Shown in pieces: positions 38,786-47,838 of a stretch of 62,043 nucleotides of DNA (position 1 is the stretch's first letter; each line of letters opens with the position of its first letter). The stretch lies in NCBI GenBank assembly GCA_947628725.1, contig CANRAQ010000001.1, positions 1 to 62,043 on the forward strand, in the 5' to 3' direction. Source of the stretch: an uncultured Bacilli bacterium (GTDB taxonomy: Bacteria; Bacillota_I; Bacilli_A; RF39; UBA660). Position numbers and translations under genes: made by a program. The notes below the pieces were generated by a model, which saw only the letters and a list, made by a program, of their open reading frames with translations, searched no databases and was not told where the DNA came from.

Positions 38786-40139
38786 ACTTATCTATTTCCT
38801 CACAAATTATTTTTTTAAACTTATCTTCCAAATTATTTTCTAAATTATATTCATATTCATATTTAATGTCATTTTCATCATTAAAATTTTCTTTATAATA
38901 CTTAAGTAAATATGGTAAATTGTCTTTTAATTTATTTATTATTAGACTTAATGCATATCTTACTTCTCCATATGTTCCAACACATTCAAAAGGCTTTTTT
39001 TCAGCATGACCTGAAAGTTCTAAAAGTGTATTTAATAAATCTTTATTTTCATATAAATCTTCACCAAATATATCCACTAAATCATCTTTATATAAAAATG
39101 GGCTTAACATTATATAGGTAAACAAACATTTTGGGCAATTGCAACACCATTTCCATACGGCTTCTTTACTTCCTACATTGCAACTTTTAAATATTTTATG
39201 ATATTTTTTATATTTTGAAAATATAAGCGCTATTTGAAATTCATTTATATATCTAAGCATACTAAAATATTTTATATCTATGTTGAAATATTTTTTTGTG
39301 TACTCATTAAAATCATTTTCAAACTCATAAGTTTTAGAATATTGATGATTTATTTTAGTTCCCAATATTGTTGGTTCATTTGAACTTGATTCATTTGAAA
39401 GTATTATATACTTTTTATTTTGTAAATATGCGCAAAGATAAGATACGAATGCAATAAGTGCGCTAAAAGGGGTATGACCATTTAAAAATCCTTTATTATT
39501 TAAATCTATTATTTTCCTATCTAATACCCTTTTAATTTTAATTATTTCATCATCACTATACCCTGCAGTTTTAGCGCATTCAAGTTGAACTTCTTTAGGA
39601 TTAACTATAAAACATGTATTAATATCCTTTTCTACTTTCATAAGTTCAAGAGTAACATTAGAGTCCTTACCACCACCTATAGGTATTAAGTTACCTACTC
39701 CTTTATAGTTAAAGTCATTGAATTCGCATCTGCTTGCTGTACAAGTTATGTCTATTAGATCATCCATAGAAACATCTATACCATTTACATATAAAAATTC
39801 TCCAAGACCACAATAGCATAATTTTTTAAACCACTTTATTTGATTATCATCAATATATCCTGCTTTTATTATTACATTTTTACTACAAGTGCACTTAAAG
39901 TAACTGATAAGTTCAACCATACCTATATTAAAGATTAAATATTTAAATAAAGATTCATCTATATTTTTATTTGTTATATATTTTTTGTCTATAATATAAT
40001 ATGGAGTAAATTCTGTTAATCCTTCTATTATAAAATGATATATGATTTTAATACTAGTACCTTCATCTAATATTTCATAACTATCATATATAAAATTTGG
40101 ATATTGCTCCCTAAATTTTAAAAATTTATCTTGATTCAT
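38778..40139 (-). CDS. PP-loop (adenine-nucleotide alpha-hydrolase-like) protein with a C-terminal Cys cluster; candidate MurL-like partner of MurD
   Basis: 453 aa. IPIGGGKDSNVTLELM resembles the SGGxDS PP-loop, and WKWCCNCPKC is a Cys cluster. 8-nt overlap with the murD start. Confidence 0.4.
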   Translation of the reverse strand: MNQDKFLKFREQYPNFIYDSYEILDEGTSIKIIYHFIIEGLTEFTPYYIIDKKYITNKNIDESLFKYLIFNIGMVELISYFKCTCSKNVIIKAGYIDDNQIKWFKKLCYCGLGEFLYVNGIDVSMDDLIDITCTASRCEFNDFNYKGVGNLIPIGGGKDSNVTLELMKVEKDINTCFIVNPKEVQLECAKTAGYSDDEIIKIKRVLDRKIIDLNNKGFLNGHTPFSALIAFVSYLCAYLQNKKYIILSNESSSNEPTILGTKINHQYSKTYEFENDFNEYTKKYFNIDIKYFSMLRYINEFQIALIFSKYKKYHKIFKSCNVGSKEAVWKWCCNCPKCLFTYIMLSPFLYKDDLVDIFGEDLYENKDLLNTLLELSGHAEKKPFECVGTYGEVRYALSLIINKLKDNLPYLLKYYKENFNDENDIKYEYEYNLENNLEDKFKKIICEEIDKYV

Positions 40140-40203
40140 AAAGCCTCCTAATTATTGTATAACACTATAAATATATTATATCAAAACTATATACTGAATG
40201 CAA

Positions 40204-40890
40204 TTATCTATTTTGAAGTTTAAGTCTACTTATAACTTTTTTTTCTATTCTAGAAATATATGATTGACTAATACCTAAACTACTTGCAACTTCCTTTTGT
40301 GTCATTTCTTTTTGACCTAATAATCCATATCTCATAGTCATTATCTGTTTATCTCTATCATTTAAATTAGATAGTTCTCTATATAATATTTTTCTTTCTA
40401 ATTCTTCTTCTAATGGTCTAGTAACTATATCATCTGAAGTACCTAGTATATCTTCTAAATGTAATTCATTACCTTCACTATCATAACTTAGATTATCTTC
40501 AAAACTTACTTCTCCTTTTTTCTTTTTATTTTTTCTCAAAAACATAAGTATTTCATTATCTATACATCGTGAAGCATAGGTAGCAAGTTTTATATTTTTA
40601 TCTAACTTATATGTACTTACACCTTTTATTAGACCAATAGTTCCTATACTTACTAAATCTTCCAAATCTATACCTGTATTTTCATATTTTTTTGACAAGA
40701 AAACGACCAATCTTAAATTATGTTCTATAAGTTTATTTTTAGCATATACATCTCCTTCCATAGACAATTTTACATATTTTACCTCATCTTCCTTTGAAAG
40801 TGGTTCTGGAAGTTTATCCGCACTACCTACAAAATATATACCACGATTACAAAATAAATTTTTTAATATATTTAATATTTTTTTTATCAT
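40204..40890 (-). CDS. sigE: Sporulation sigma factor SigE (pro-sigma-E)
   Basis: 228 aa with an N-terminal pro-sequence, then LPEPLSKEDE, IEHNLRLVVFLSKKY and LVSIGTIGLIKGVSTY. Directly downstream of spoIIGA. Confidence 0.9.
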   Translation of the reverse strand: MIKKILNILKNLFCNRGIYFVGSADKLPEPLSKEDEVKYVKLSMEGDVYAKNKLIEHNLRLVVFLSKKYENTGIDLEDLVSIGTIGLIKGVSTYKLDKNIKLATYASRCIDNEILMFLRKNKKKKGEVSFEDNLSYDSEGNELHLEDILGTSDDIVTRPLEEELERKILYRELSNLNDRDKQIMTMRYGLLGQKEMTQKEVASSLGISQSYISRIEKKVISRLKLQNR

Positions 40891-40891
40891 T

Positions 40892-41668
40892 TTATCCCTC
40901 CAATAATGATCTATTAAGTATTACATCTACACCATCTAAACTAATTTTATCAATAATTCCTAGTAATACATTTTTATATTCTTTATTATTAAATGTAATA
41001 CTATCTATTTTTACAACTTTTAAAATATCATTACCTGATGCATTAGTATATGGAATAAGCCTAAATTCTTTTATATTAAAAAGTATTTTCCTTTTATCTA
41101 TCAATATGACATACTTATTAGAAATATTATCTTTTAGTACATTTCCTGTATCCATATATGCGGTATAATTATATGATTTATTATCTTTTTTTATTAATAC
41201 ATTACAATAATTTGAATAATTGTACTTTAAAGATTTAGTTTGCTTTATGTAAATATATATTATAATTGGACTTACAACTAACAAAAATATAAAATTTATA
41301 CTTAAACCATTATTTATAAATATAATACCTGTATGTTTATATGAAAATTCTATATTTAATAAATATAAGAATCCTCCAAGTATTATACTATTTATATAAA
41401 GATATAAAATATTTATTAAAGTATATTTTATATTTATAAATTTAAATGATATTATAACCATCACTATACTTATAAATAGTTTAAATAAGAATAATATAAA
41501 ACTATTGATGTTAAAAAATAAAAATAATATACTTAATCCTCCAAAAAAAGAACCCAATAATATTCTATTAATACTAGTATTTCTCTTTAAAATTATTTTT
41601 ACTGATAACAATAGTATAAAATCTATAATAAAATTTAGTATCATTACAAAATCTATATATATTTTCAT
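40892..41668 (-). CDS. spoIIGA: Sigma-E processing peptidase SpoIIGA
   Basis: 258 aa with five N-terminal TM helices. The C-terminal domain carries YMDTGN (aspartic protease DTG). 1-nt spacing to sigE. Confidence 0.85.
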   Translation of the reverse strand: MKIYIDFVMILNFIIDFILLLSVKIILKRNTSINRILLGSFFGGLSILFLFFNINSFILFLFKLFISIVMVIISFKFINIKYTLINILYLYINSIILGGFLYLLNIEFSYKHTGIIFINNGLSINFIFLLVVSPIIIYIYIKQTKSLKYNYSNYCNVLIKKDNKSYNYTAYMDTGNVLKDNISNKYVILIDKRKILFNIKEFRLIPYTNASGNDILKVVKIDSITFNNKEYKNVLLGIIDKISLDGVDVILNRSLLEG

Positions 41669-41688
41669 TTAATCACCAAAAATAGTAT

Positions 41689-41722
41689 AAAAAAATGACA
41701 CCGATAATTGTGTCGTTTTTTA
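41689..41722 (-). terminator. Hairpin with flanking A/T runs after the exonuclease gene
   Basis: GACAC-loop-GTGTC flanked by AAAAAAA and TTTTTT, so it could act in either direction. Confidence 0.5.
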
Positions 41723-42310
41723 TTTTCTAATTACAATAAATCTATAACTATATAGATCTGTTAGTTTATTGAAGTTATTAACCTTTAATTTATTTAACAT
41801 TTTATGAAATATTAAAGCTGTACCATAAGCATCATAATCTGCACGATGATGTTTTTCTTCACTCCAAGGTATATTATAACGTACAACTAAGGTTGCTAAA
41901 TTATGATATCTTTCACTAGATTCTAAATATCTAGATAACCCAAGTGTATCTATAACTACGTTTTTTAAAGGCGGCAAATTATATTTTTCAATAGCCTTTT
42001 CAATAAATGAAATATCAAATTTAGCATTATGAGCTACCATAGGTAAATTGTTTACCCACTTTAAAAAGTCAATCACACATGATTTTTCATCACGTTTATC
42101 TTTTAACATTTCATTTGTTATTCCGGTTATTTTTATTATTTCTTCATTCAACAATTTACCTGGATTTACGAGTTCATCATATTTATCAATGATTTCACCA
42201 TTTTTTATTTTTACTGCCCCTATTTCTATTATACTATCATCAGAATTAGGATATAATCCTGTCGTTTCTAAATCAAATACAACATAAGTTTCTTCTAACA
42301 AATCTAGCAT
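41720..42310 (-). CDS. DnaQ/PolC-type 3'-5' exonuclease domain protein
   Basis: ORF track 41720..42334. Start at MLDLLEETY follows GGAGG. Exo I VVFDLETTGL, Exo II MVAHNAKFDISF, Exo III HRADYDA. Confidence 0.8.
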   Translation of the reverse strand: MLDLLEETYVVFDLETTGLYPNSDDSIIEIGAVKIKNGEIIDKYDELVNPGKLLNEEIIKITGITNEMLKDKRDEKSCVIDFLKWVNNLPMVAHNAKFDISFIEKAIEKYNLPPLKNVVIDTLGLSRYLESSERYHNLATLVVRYNIPWSEEKHHRADYDAYGTALIFHKMLNKLKVNNFNKLTDLYSYRFIVIRK

Positions 42311-42532
42311 ACTTCCTCCAAAAAAAAGTGCCAAAAGAACGTGTCCGAATCGAATAAAACCTAGTCTCCCAGGTGGGCATCACATCATAACCTTTAGGAT
42401 CCTCAATAAAATTGAGTCTTCGACACCAGCTACAAATTAGATTCCCTATTATTTCGATTAGTAGGTTTTTCTTATGGACTTAATCGTGTCTTCTAGCAAT
42501 TTAATTATATCATTTTATTAATAGGCGGTCAA
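42311..42532 (-). promoter_or_regulatory. Near-consensus promoter (TTGACC-17-TATAAT) plus ~186-nt untranslated leader of unclassified structure
   Basis: -35 at 42527..42532 and -10 at 42504..42509 (minus strand). The leader is visibly more GC-rich than its surroundings and has a long-range pairing AAUCGAA(A)UAA / UUAUUCGAUU. Confidence 0.5.
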
Positions 42533-42544
42533 GTGATATTCTGA

Positions 42545-42571
42545 TAAAAACAAAAAAAGACGATTGTCTTT
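42545..42571 (-). terminator. Rho-independent terminator after the SPFH gene
   Basis: Minus strand AAAGAC-AATC-GTCTTT followed by TTTTTGTTTTT. Confidence 0.65.
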
Positions 42572-43863
42572 TATTGAACTTGTGTACCACAATTCATGCA
42601 GAATTTAGCATTACCATCTATTTCGTTTCCACATGAAGTACAGAATTTTTTAGTTTCTTTTACTTCTTCAGGTCTCTTTGTTCCACATTCCATACAGAAA
42701 TTTCCTGTGATTACTGCTCCACAATTTGGACATTTTACTTCTTCTGTTGACTCAGCATTAGAAGCAGTTTCTTGAACTGGTTGTGATTCAACTGGTTCAG
42801 GTTGAACTTGTTGAGGTTGTGGCTCAACTACTCCGCCACCAGGAATGTTCATAGATTCCATACCAGTTTGTGCTTGTGATTGGGCAGATATATTTGCACC
42901 AAACATTGCTCCACCTTGATTTAGCATGCCCATACCCATAAATCCAGTCATAGCGCCTGCTTCATTACCAGCAGCAGTTTTTATAGCCTCACTAGCAGCA
43001 GCATTTGCACGTGCACCTTGCATAGCAGGATTCATTGCATATAATCTATCACCTTGCATTGCTTTTATAGTTTGAGCAGATTCTTCAGTTGGTGTAACAT
43101 TTGCAATAGAAACACGTTCAACATTAATTCCTTGTGAACCCCATGTTTCATCTAAACATTCATTTACCGCTTTACGTATTTGATCCACAGCACCTGGTAA
43201 CATATCATAAGATACTTTTTGTTGAGCTACTTTATTAAGAGCTGGATTCAATGCACTTAGAAAATCTGCTAAGAATAATTCTCTAAATGATTCATCCATT
43301 ACAAATTCATCTTCTACATTTCCTCCATATGTATGATAAAGAGCAAGTGGATCTACTACTTTCATAACATATTCACCATAACATCTTATATCCACTGTCA
43401 TACCAAATTCACTATCTCTAAATGGTATTGGTGTTGTTGTACCAAACTTATTTCCAGTTAATAAACGAGTATTAACGAAATATGCTCTTTGATCATGTGG
43501 TGCGATACCTCCTGTTGTAAATCTTTCTCCAAATTTTTGGAAAGATGCCAATAATCCTTTACCAAATCCTCCATAAAATAATGATGGTTCAGTACCCTGA
43601 TCAAAAGTATATGAACCTGCATCTGCAGTAAAATCAACAATTTTACCATCAGCTACTATTATTAGAAATTGGTCTTCATTTACTACTATTTTACTTCCAT
43701 TTGTTATAATATTTTCTGTTCCTTTAACATTAGAGCCACCTTTTTTAGGTATACCTCTTTTAATTAATACATTGTCATCCATACGATCACAATATATATA
43801 CTCTAGCCATTGATCAGCTAATACACTTGAACCTGCTTGTACTGCAGCTTTTATTAAACCCAT
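42571..43863 (-). CDS. SPFH/Band-7-like protein of the YdjI ('virion core protein-like') family with two C-terminal zinc ribbons
   Basis: 430 aa. An N-terminal ~300 aa YdjI-like region, a Gly/Ala/Met/Gln-rich linker, then CPNCGAVITGNFCMECG and CTSCGNEIDGNAKFCMNCG. Confidence 0.65.
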   Translation of the reverse strand: MGLIKAAVQAGSSVLADQWLEYIYCDRMDDNVLIKRGIPKKGGSNVKGTENIITNGSKIVVNEDQFLIIVADGKIVDFTADAGSYTFDQGTEPSLFYGGFGKGLLASFQKFGERFTTGGIAPHDQRAYFVNTRLLTGNKFGTTTPIPFRDSEFGMTVDIRCYGEYVMKVVDPLALYHTYGGNVEDEFVMDESFRELFLADFLSALNPALNKVAQQKVSYDMLPGAVDQIRKAVNECLDETWGSQGINVERVSIANVTPTEESAQTIKAMQGDRLYAMNPAMQGARANAAASEAIKTAAGNEAGAMTGFMGMGMLNQGGAMFGANISAQSQAQTGMESMNIPGGGVVEPQPQQVQPEPVESQPVQETASNAESTEEVKCPNCGAVITGNFCMECGTKRPEEVKETKKFCTSCGNEIDGNAKFCMNCGTQVQ

Positions 43864-43927
43864 TAAATCATTCCTCCTAGCTTAATACATATTTAGTATA
43901 TAATAATTTACTCTAAAAGTCAATAAA

Positions 43928-44674
43928 TTAATAATCAGCTTTATATGATGAAATATGCCATGACTTTAAATTTATATCTTCTAATGATGATCCACAAAAT
44001 TCACATTTTTTATGTCCTAATTTTTTTACTGGTGCTCCACAGTTAGGACAATTTATTCCTATAAGCGCTTGATTTTTTACAGCTACATTAGGATCAAATA
44101 CATATATGAATTCTGTAGTATATCTATTTTGAACTTTATAGTCACTTTTTTCTATAACTTTTCCATCTTTTTCTTTTGTATAATAATATTCTAATGAAGA
44201 AGAAATACTTATATTCATTGCACCATTTTTATTAGTATAATACTTTATTGCATGCTCATGAAATTTAACATCATCATATCTTATATTTATATTGTTGGTT
44301 TTATAATCCTCAATTTCTTTTTTTAGTTTTTCCCTTACTAAAATTAATTCATCACACTTATCAAGTTTTTTATTTTCGATAGAATTAAATATTGCAAGCA
44401 AACTAGTTTCTACTTTCGTATACAATTCACTTTCACTAAAATTTGGAAAATCTTTAGTAATTTTAGGAAGCAATAATTTTGTCATTCCATTTACATGTTT
44501 TTTATTGGTTTTAGCCTCTATTTCACCTTTTTTTATCTCGTTAATTAAACTATCTAAATTACTAAAGCCAAGTTTTCTTAGAAAAGACAATAATTTTAAT
44601 TTTAAGTTAACAAACATTAATGATAAAAAGATTATTACTCCAATAATTATTGCAAAAAATATTAATAAATTCAT
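43928..44674 (-). CDS. Membrane-anchored protein with a C-terminal zinc ribbon (Tim44-like middle domain suspected)
   Basis: 248 aa. N-terminal TM helix and C-terminal INCPNCGAPVKKLGHKKCEFCGS...WHIS. Confidence 0.45.
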   Translation of the reverse strand: MNLLIFFAIIIGVIIFLSLMFVNLKLKLLSFLRKLGFSNLDSLINEIKKGEIEAKTNKKHVNGMTKLLLPKITKDFPNFSESELYTKVETSLLAIFNSIENKKLDKCDELILVREKLKKEIEDYKTNNINIRYDDVKFHEHAIKYYTNKNGAMNISISSSLEYYYTKEKDGKVIEKSDYKVQNRYTTEFIYVFDPNVAVKNQALIGINCPNCGAPVKKLGHKKCEFCGSSLEDINLKSWHISSYKADY

Positions 44675-44675
44675 A

Positions 44676-46418
44676 CTACTCTCCTTTATTTAAACTTATA
44701 CCAAGTTCATCTAATTGTTTAGAATCTACAATATTTGGACATTCACACATTAAATCTGATGCTGAAGCTGTTTTAGGGAACGCTATTACATCTCTAATAC
44801 TATCTGTTTGTGAAAGTATCATTACCAGTCTATCTAATCCAAGTGCAAAACCTCCATGTGGTGGACAACCATATTTTAATGCGTCTACAAAGAATCCAAA
44901 TTTTTCTTTTATATCCTCTTCTGTTAATTCAAGTGCTTTAAACATAGTTTCTTGTATTTTTTCATCATGAATACGTATTGAACCTCCACCTGCTTCATAT
45001 CCGTTAATTACTATATCATATGCCTTACTGTAACAATTTTCTTTATCATTAATCAACTTATCTACATCACTATCTTTTGGCATAGTAAATGGATGATGGC
45101 ATGAAACAAATCTATTTTCTTCTTCACTCCATTCAAATGATGGGAAATCCACTACCCATAATAATTTATATTCATCTTTTTTAATTAAATTAAGATCTTT
45201 AGCAATTTTACATCTAAGTGCACCTAAGGAAGTTTTAACAATTTTTTTATTTCCTGGTATTATAAGAACTAAATCATTATTTTCTAGACTTAAATTTTCT
45301 TTTATTTTATTAAGTTCTTCACTTGTTATTCCCTTAACAATAGAACCTGTTACTTCATTACCATATTTTATATATGCAAGTAAATTAGCCTTATATTTCT
45401 TAACAAATTCTGTTAACTTATCTAATTCTTTTCTAGAATATTTATCACATGCATCTTTAACTACAATAGCATTTATTATACCATTATTATCGATAACATC
45501 TTTAAAAAGTGCAAAGGAAGTATTTTCAAATATATTTGTTATATCACATATTTCCATACCATATCTTAAATCTGGTTTATCTGTTCCATATTTATCTATA
45601 GCATCATTATATTTCATTCTCATAATAGGTAATTTTATATCTATATTTTTTACTTCTTTAAAAATGTATGAAATTAATTCTTCACCAAGTTCCATTATGT
45701 CATCTTCATTAACAAAAGAACATTCTACATCTATTTGTGTAAATTCAGGTTGACGATCTGCTCTTAAATCTTCATCTCTAAAACATTTAGCAATTTGGAA
45801 ATATCTTTCAAAGCCACCTATCATAAGTAATTGTTTAAATATTTGTGGTGACTGTGGCAATGCATAAAATTTTCCTTTATTTACCCTTGATGGAACTAAA
45901 TAATCTCTAGCTCCTTCTGGTGTACTTTTACATAATATTGGTGTTTCTATTTCTAAAAATTCTTGACCTATTAAAAATTTTCTAGTTGCAAACATTATCT
46001 TATTTCTTATAGCCATAGTATTTTGTAAACTTTCTCTTCTTAAATCTAAATATCTATATTTAAGTCTTGTATCTTCTAGTGCTGTTGTATCATCAGATAT
46101 TTGGAAAGGTATATCTTTTGATTTATTTATAAGTTCTAAATAATCTACTTCTACTTCTATTTCTCCTGTTGGTATATTTAAATTTTTATTTACTCTCTCT
46201 ACTATGATTCCTGTTATTTTTATAACATATTCACTTTTCAAGTTACTAGCAATTTCATAGTATTTATTTTCTGGATTTACAACTAATTGAATAATTCTTG
46301 TTCTATTTCTTAAGTCAATAAATATTAAGCCTCCTAAATTTCTAACCTTGCTTACCCATCCAGATAATGTTACTTTTTCTCCCACATTACTTAAGTTATA
46401 ATTAATATATTTTTGCAT
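44676..46418 (-). CDS. aspS: Aspartate--tRNA ligase
   Basis: ORF track 44676..46550. The real start is ATG 46418 (MQKYINYNL), preceded by AAAGGAGG. The longer ORF reads through the T-box leader. Class II motifs [27 protein letters not shown] and [10 protein letters not shown]. Confidence 0.93.
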   Translation of the reverse strand: MQKYINYNLSNVGEKVTLSGWVSKVRNLGGLIFIDLRNRTRIIQLVVNPENKYYEIASNLKSEYVIKITGIIVERVNKNLNIPTGEIEVEVDYLELINKSKDIPFQISDDTTALEDTRLKYRYLDLRRESLQNTMAIRNKIMFATRKFLIGQEFLEIETPILCKSTPEGARDYLVPSRVNKGKFYALPQSPQIFKQLLMIGGFERYFQIAKCFRDEDLRADRQPEFTQIDVECSFVNEDDIMELGEELISYIFKEVKNIDIKLPIMRMKYNDAIDKYGTDKPDLRYGMEICDITNIFENTSFALFKDVIDNNGIINAIVVKDACDKYSRKELDKLTEFVKKYKANLLAYIKYGNEVTGSIVKGITSEELNKIKENLSLENNDLVLIIPGNKKIVKTSLGALRCKIAKDLNLIKKDEYKLLWVVDFPSFEWSEEENRFVSCHHPFTMPKDSDVDKLINDKENCYSKAYDIVINGYEAGGGSIRIHDEKIQETMFKALELTEEDIKEKFGFFVDALKYGCPPHGGFALGLDRLVMILSQTDSIRDVIAFPKTASASDLMCECPNIVDSKQLDELGISLNKGE

Positions 46419-46612
46419 ATTTTTTCCTCCTTTAATAAACAAAAAATCTATAAATTCAAGGACGAAATATTCGTGGTGCCACCCTGATTCATAGATTAAA
46501 CTATCTTTATAAAAGTTAACGCCTTTTTCCATTATACGATTATTTAACATTTGATGTCTTCAATATAAAATCATTATTAGTTTCCACCATACACTAACTC
46601 TCTATAAATTAT
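46419..46612 (-). promoter_or_regulatory. T-box riboswitch leader, Asp (GAC) specifier, controlling aspS
   Basis: On the minus strand: AGAGA box (~46598..46603), specifier loop TTGAAGACATCAA with GAC at 46556..46558, T-box sequence GAATCAGGGTGGCACCACGA (46471..46490), and a terminator arm CCTTGAATTTATAGA followed by TTTTTTG. Confidence 0.85.
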
Positions 46613-46679
46613 TTATATATACTCTTTCAAATAAATACAACCTGATTATAACATATATTTATATTTTTTTCAAACAAAA

Positions 46680-46958
46680 CTATAGTTTTATTTTAACTAA
46701 TGTACATCCGACATTATTATAAAAAAGTTTATAGTCTATTACATCATTACATTTTTTTAAAACATTATTTATCTCATTTCTTATAATACCGCTTCCTATA
46801 CCATGAATAATACATATAATATCATTTTTTAATATTTTGTTATCATTTATGAATTCTAATGTTTTTACTCTAGCAGTATCTCTATCTAATCCATGTAAAT
46901 CTATACTTGGTAAATTTTCAATAAAAATAACTTCATCTAAATTCATATAAATCACCAT
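46680..46958 (-). CDS. Smr (small MutS-related) domain protein
   Basis: 92 aa. IDLHGL...HGIGSGIIR is the Smr nuclease-domain pattern. The start may be ATG 46946. Confidence 0.7.
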   Translation of the reverse strand: MVIYMNLDEVIFIENLPSIDLHGLDRDTARVKTLEFINDNKILKNDIICIIHGIGSGIIRNEINNVLKKCNDVIDYKLFYNNVGCTLVKIKL

Positions 46959-47170
46959 AAAAAGTATACCATAAAAGAAAAGAAAACTCCATCATACGAT
47001 GAAGTTATTCTACATTTTCACACTTTATCACATGTAATATAAATATATTATATTTTTATGAAACTACTATTTATTCTCATTTTCTTTGATAGTTTCTTGT
47101 ATCACAATCTAATTTGGTATGAATAAGATTAAACTTATAAAATATTATTTTAAAATAACTTATTTACAAT

Positions 47171-47638
47171 TTAATTTATTTCTTCTAACATTTTTTCTTT
47201 TATCTTATCTATATCAGTAAAAAAGACTTTAATTCCTCTATTATGAAGTTTTGTTAAATTTTTAAAATTTTTAAGTATTATTCTTTCCAATTTTTCGGGA
47301 ACTCTAGCTGGTTTACCATCTACTGTATGTACATGATCTATATATTTTTCTAAAGTTGGAAAAGCATTTTGTAATAAAATAACTGAATCCTCATCAAAGA
47401 TTTTCTCAATTAATATTGTGTTACAAAAGCCATATTTTTCTATCTTCTTATTAACTATTTTTTTATATTTATCAACTTTAGAACTAATTGGAATAAACCA
47501 TAAAATGTCTTTATCTTTGATTGTAAAATAAGTAGGTCTTTTCTTGCCTCTTTCATGATTTTGCATTAAATTTTCATCATTAACGACATCAAAATATTTA
47601 TCTTTGATGTGATATAAATAGCCTGTTTTTATTTTCAT
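47171..47638 (-). CDS. Type III toxin-antitoxin toxin, ToxN/AbiQ/CptN-like endoribonuclease
   Basis: ORF track 47171..47653. Start at MKIKTGYLYHI follows GGAG. KRPTYFTIKDKDILWFIPISSK resembles the ToxN/AbiQ core (..P.F....YLAPLTS.K). It lies downstream of tandem RNA repeats and a terminator, the canonical type III TA layout. Confidence 0.72.
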   Translation of the reverse strand: MKIKTGYLYHIKDKYFDVVNDENLMQNHERGKKRPTYFTIKDKDILWFIPISSKVDKYKKIVNKKIEKYGFCNTILIEKIFDEDSVILLQNAFPTLEKYIDHVHTVDGKPARVPEKLERIILKNFKNLTKLHNRGIKVFFTDIDKIKEKMLEEIN

Positions 47639-47667
47639 TGTCATCAACTCCATAAAAAGTATACCAT

Positions 47668-47699
47668 AAAATAGAAGAAAACTCCATCATACGATGAAG
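47668..47699 (-). terminator. Rho-independent terminator between the antitoxin repeats and the toxin gene
   Basis: Minus strand CUUCAUC-GUAU-GAUGGAG followed by UUUUCUUCUAUUUU. A near-identical copy lies upstream of smr at ~46973..47004. Confidence 0.7.
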
Positions 47700-47707
47700 T
47701 TTTTCTA

Positions 47708-47816
47708 CATTTTCAACCGGGATCATTTATTACTCGCTAGCCACCCGGAAGCGAGAAACATTGTCGACCGGGATTATTTATTACTCGCTAGCCACCCGGA
47801 AGCGAGAAACATTTTC
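47708..47816 (-). ncRNA. ToxI/CptI-like antitoxin RNA: two tandem 51-nt repeats plus a partial repeat
   Basis: accggg recurs at 47716 and 47767, giving a 51-nt period. The two repeats differ at about 3 positions. Each unit on the minus strand has a CUCGCU...AGCGAG hairpin. The loop CCGGG is complementary to a downstream CCCGG, so a pseudoknot is possible. Markedly GC-rich relative to context. Confidence 0.75.
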
Positions 47817-47838
47817 ACACTTTTTCAAGTGCAACATT

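Noticed and set aside
40139-40204. Expected sigG immediately downstream of sigE.
   Set aside because: No sigma-like ORF is there. The next gene is the PP-loop protein, so sigG must lie elsewhere. The sigma at 27372..28001 does not look like SigG.
42311-42500. Assignment of the exonuclease leader to ZTP (CCCACCUGGGA versus CCGCCUGGGCA), guanidine-I/ykkC (AUAGGGAAUC, GGUGUCGAAGAC), T-box or 6S RNA.
   Set aside because: Only short partial resemblances exist, and the other obligatory conserved blocks of each class are missing. It is left unclassified.
46419-46550. N-terminal 44 residues of the 624-aa aspS ORF in the track.
   Set aside because: This stretch is the T-box leader. A strong RBS precedes the internal ATG at 46418, and the AspRS homology starts there.
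47708-47816. Tandem GC-rich repeats that could be mistaken for a mini-CRISPR array.
   Set aside because: The 51-nt units are directly adjacent with no spacers, and no cas genes are present. They sit in the promoter-repeat-terminator-toxN layout of type III TA systems.
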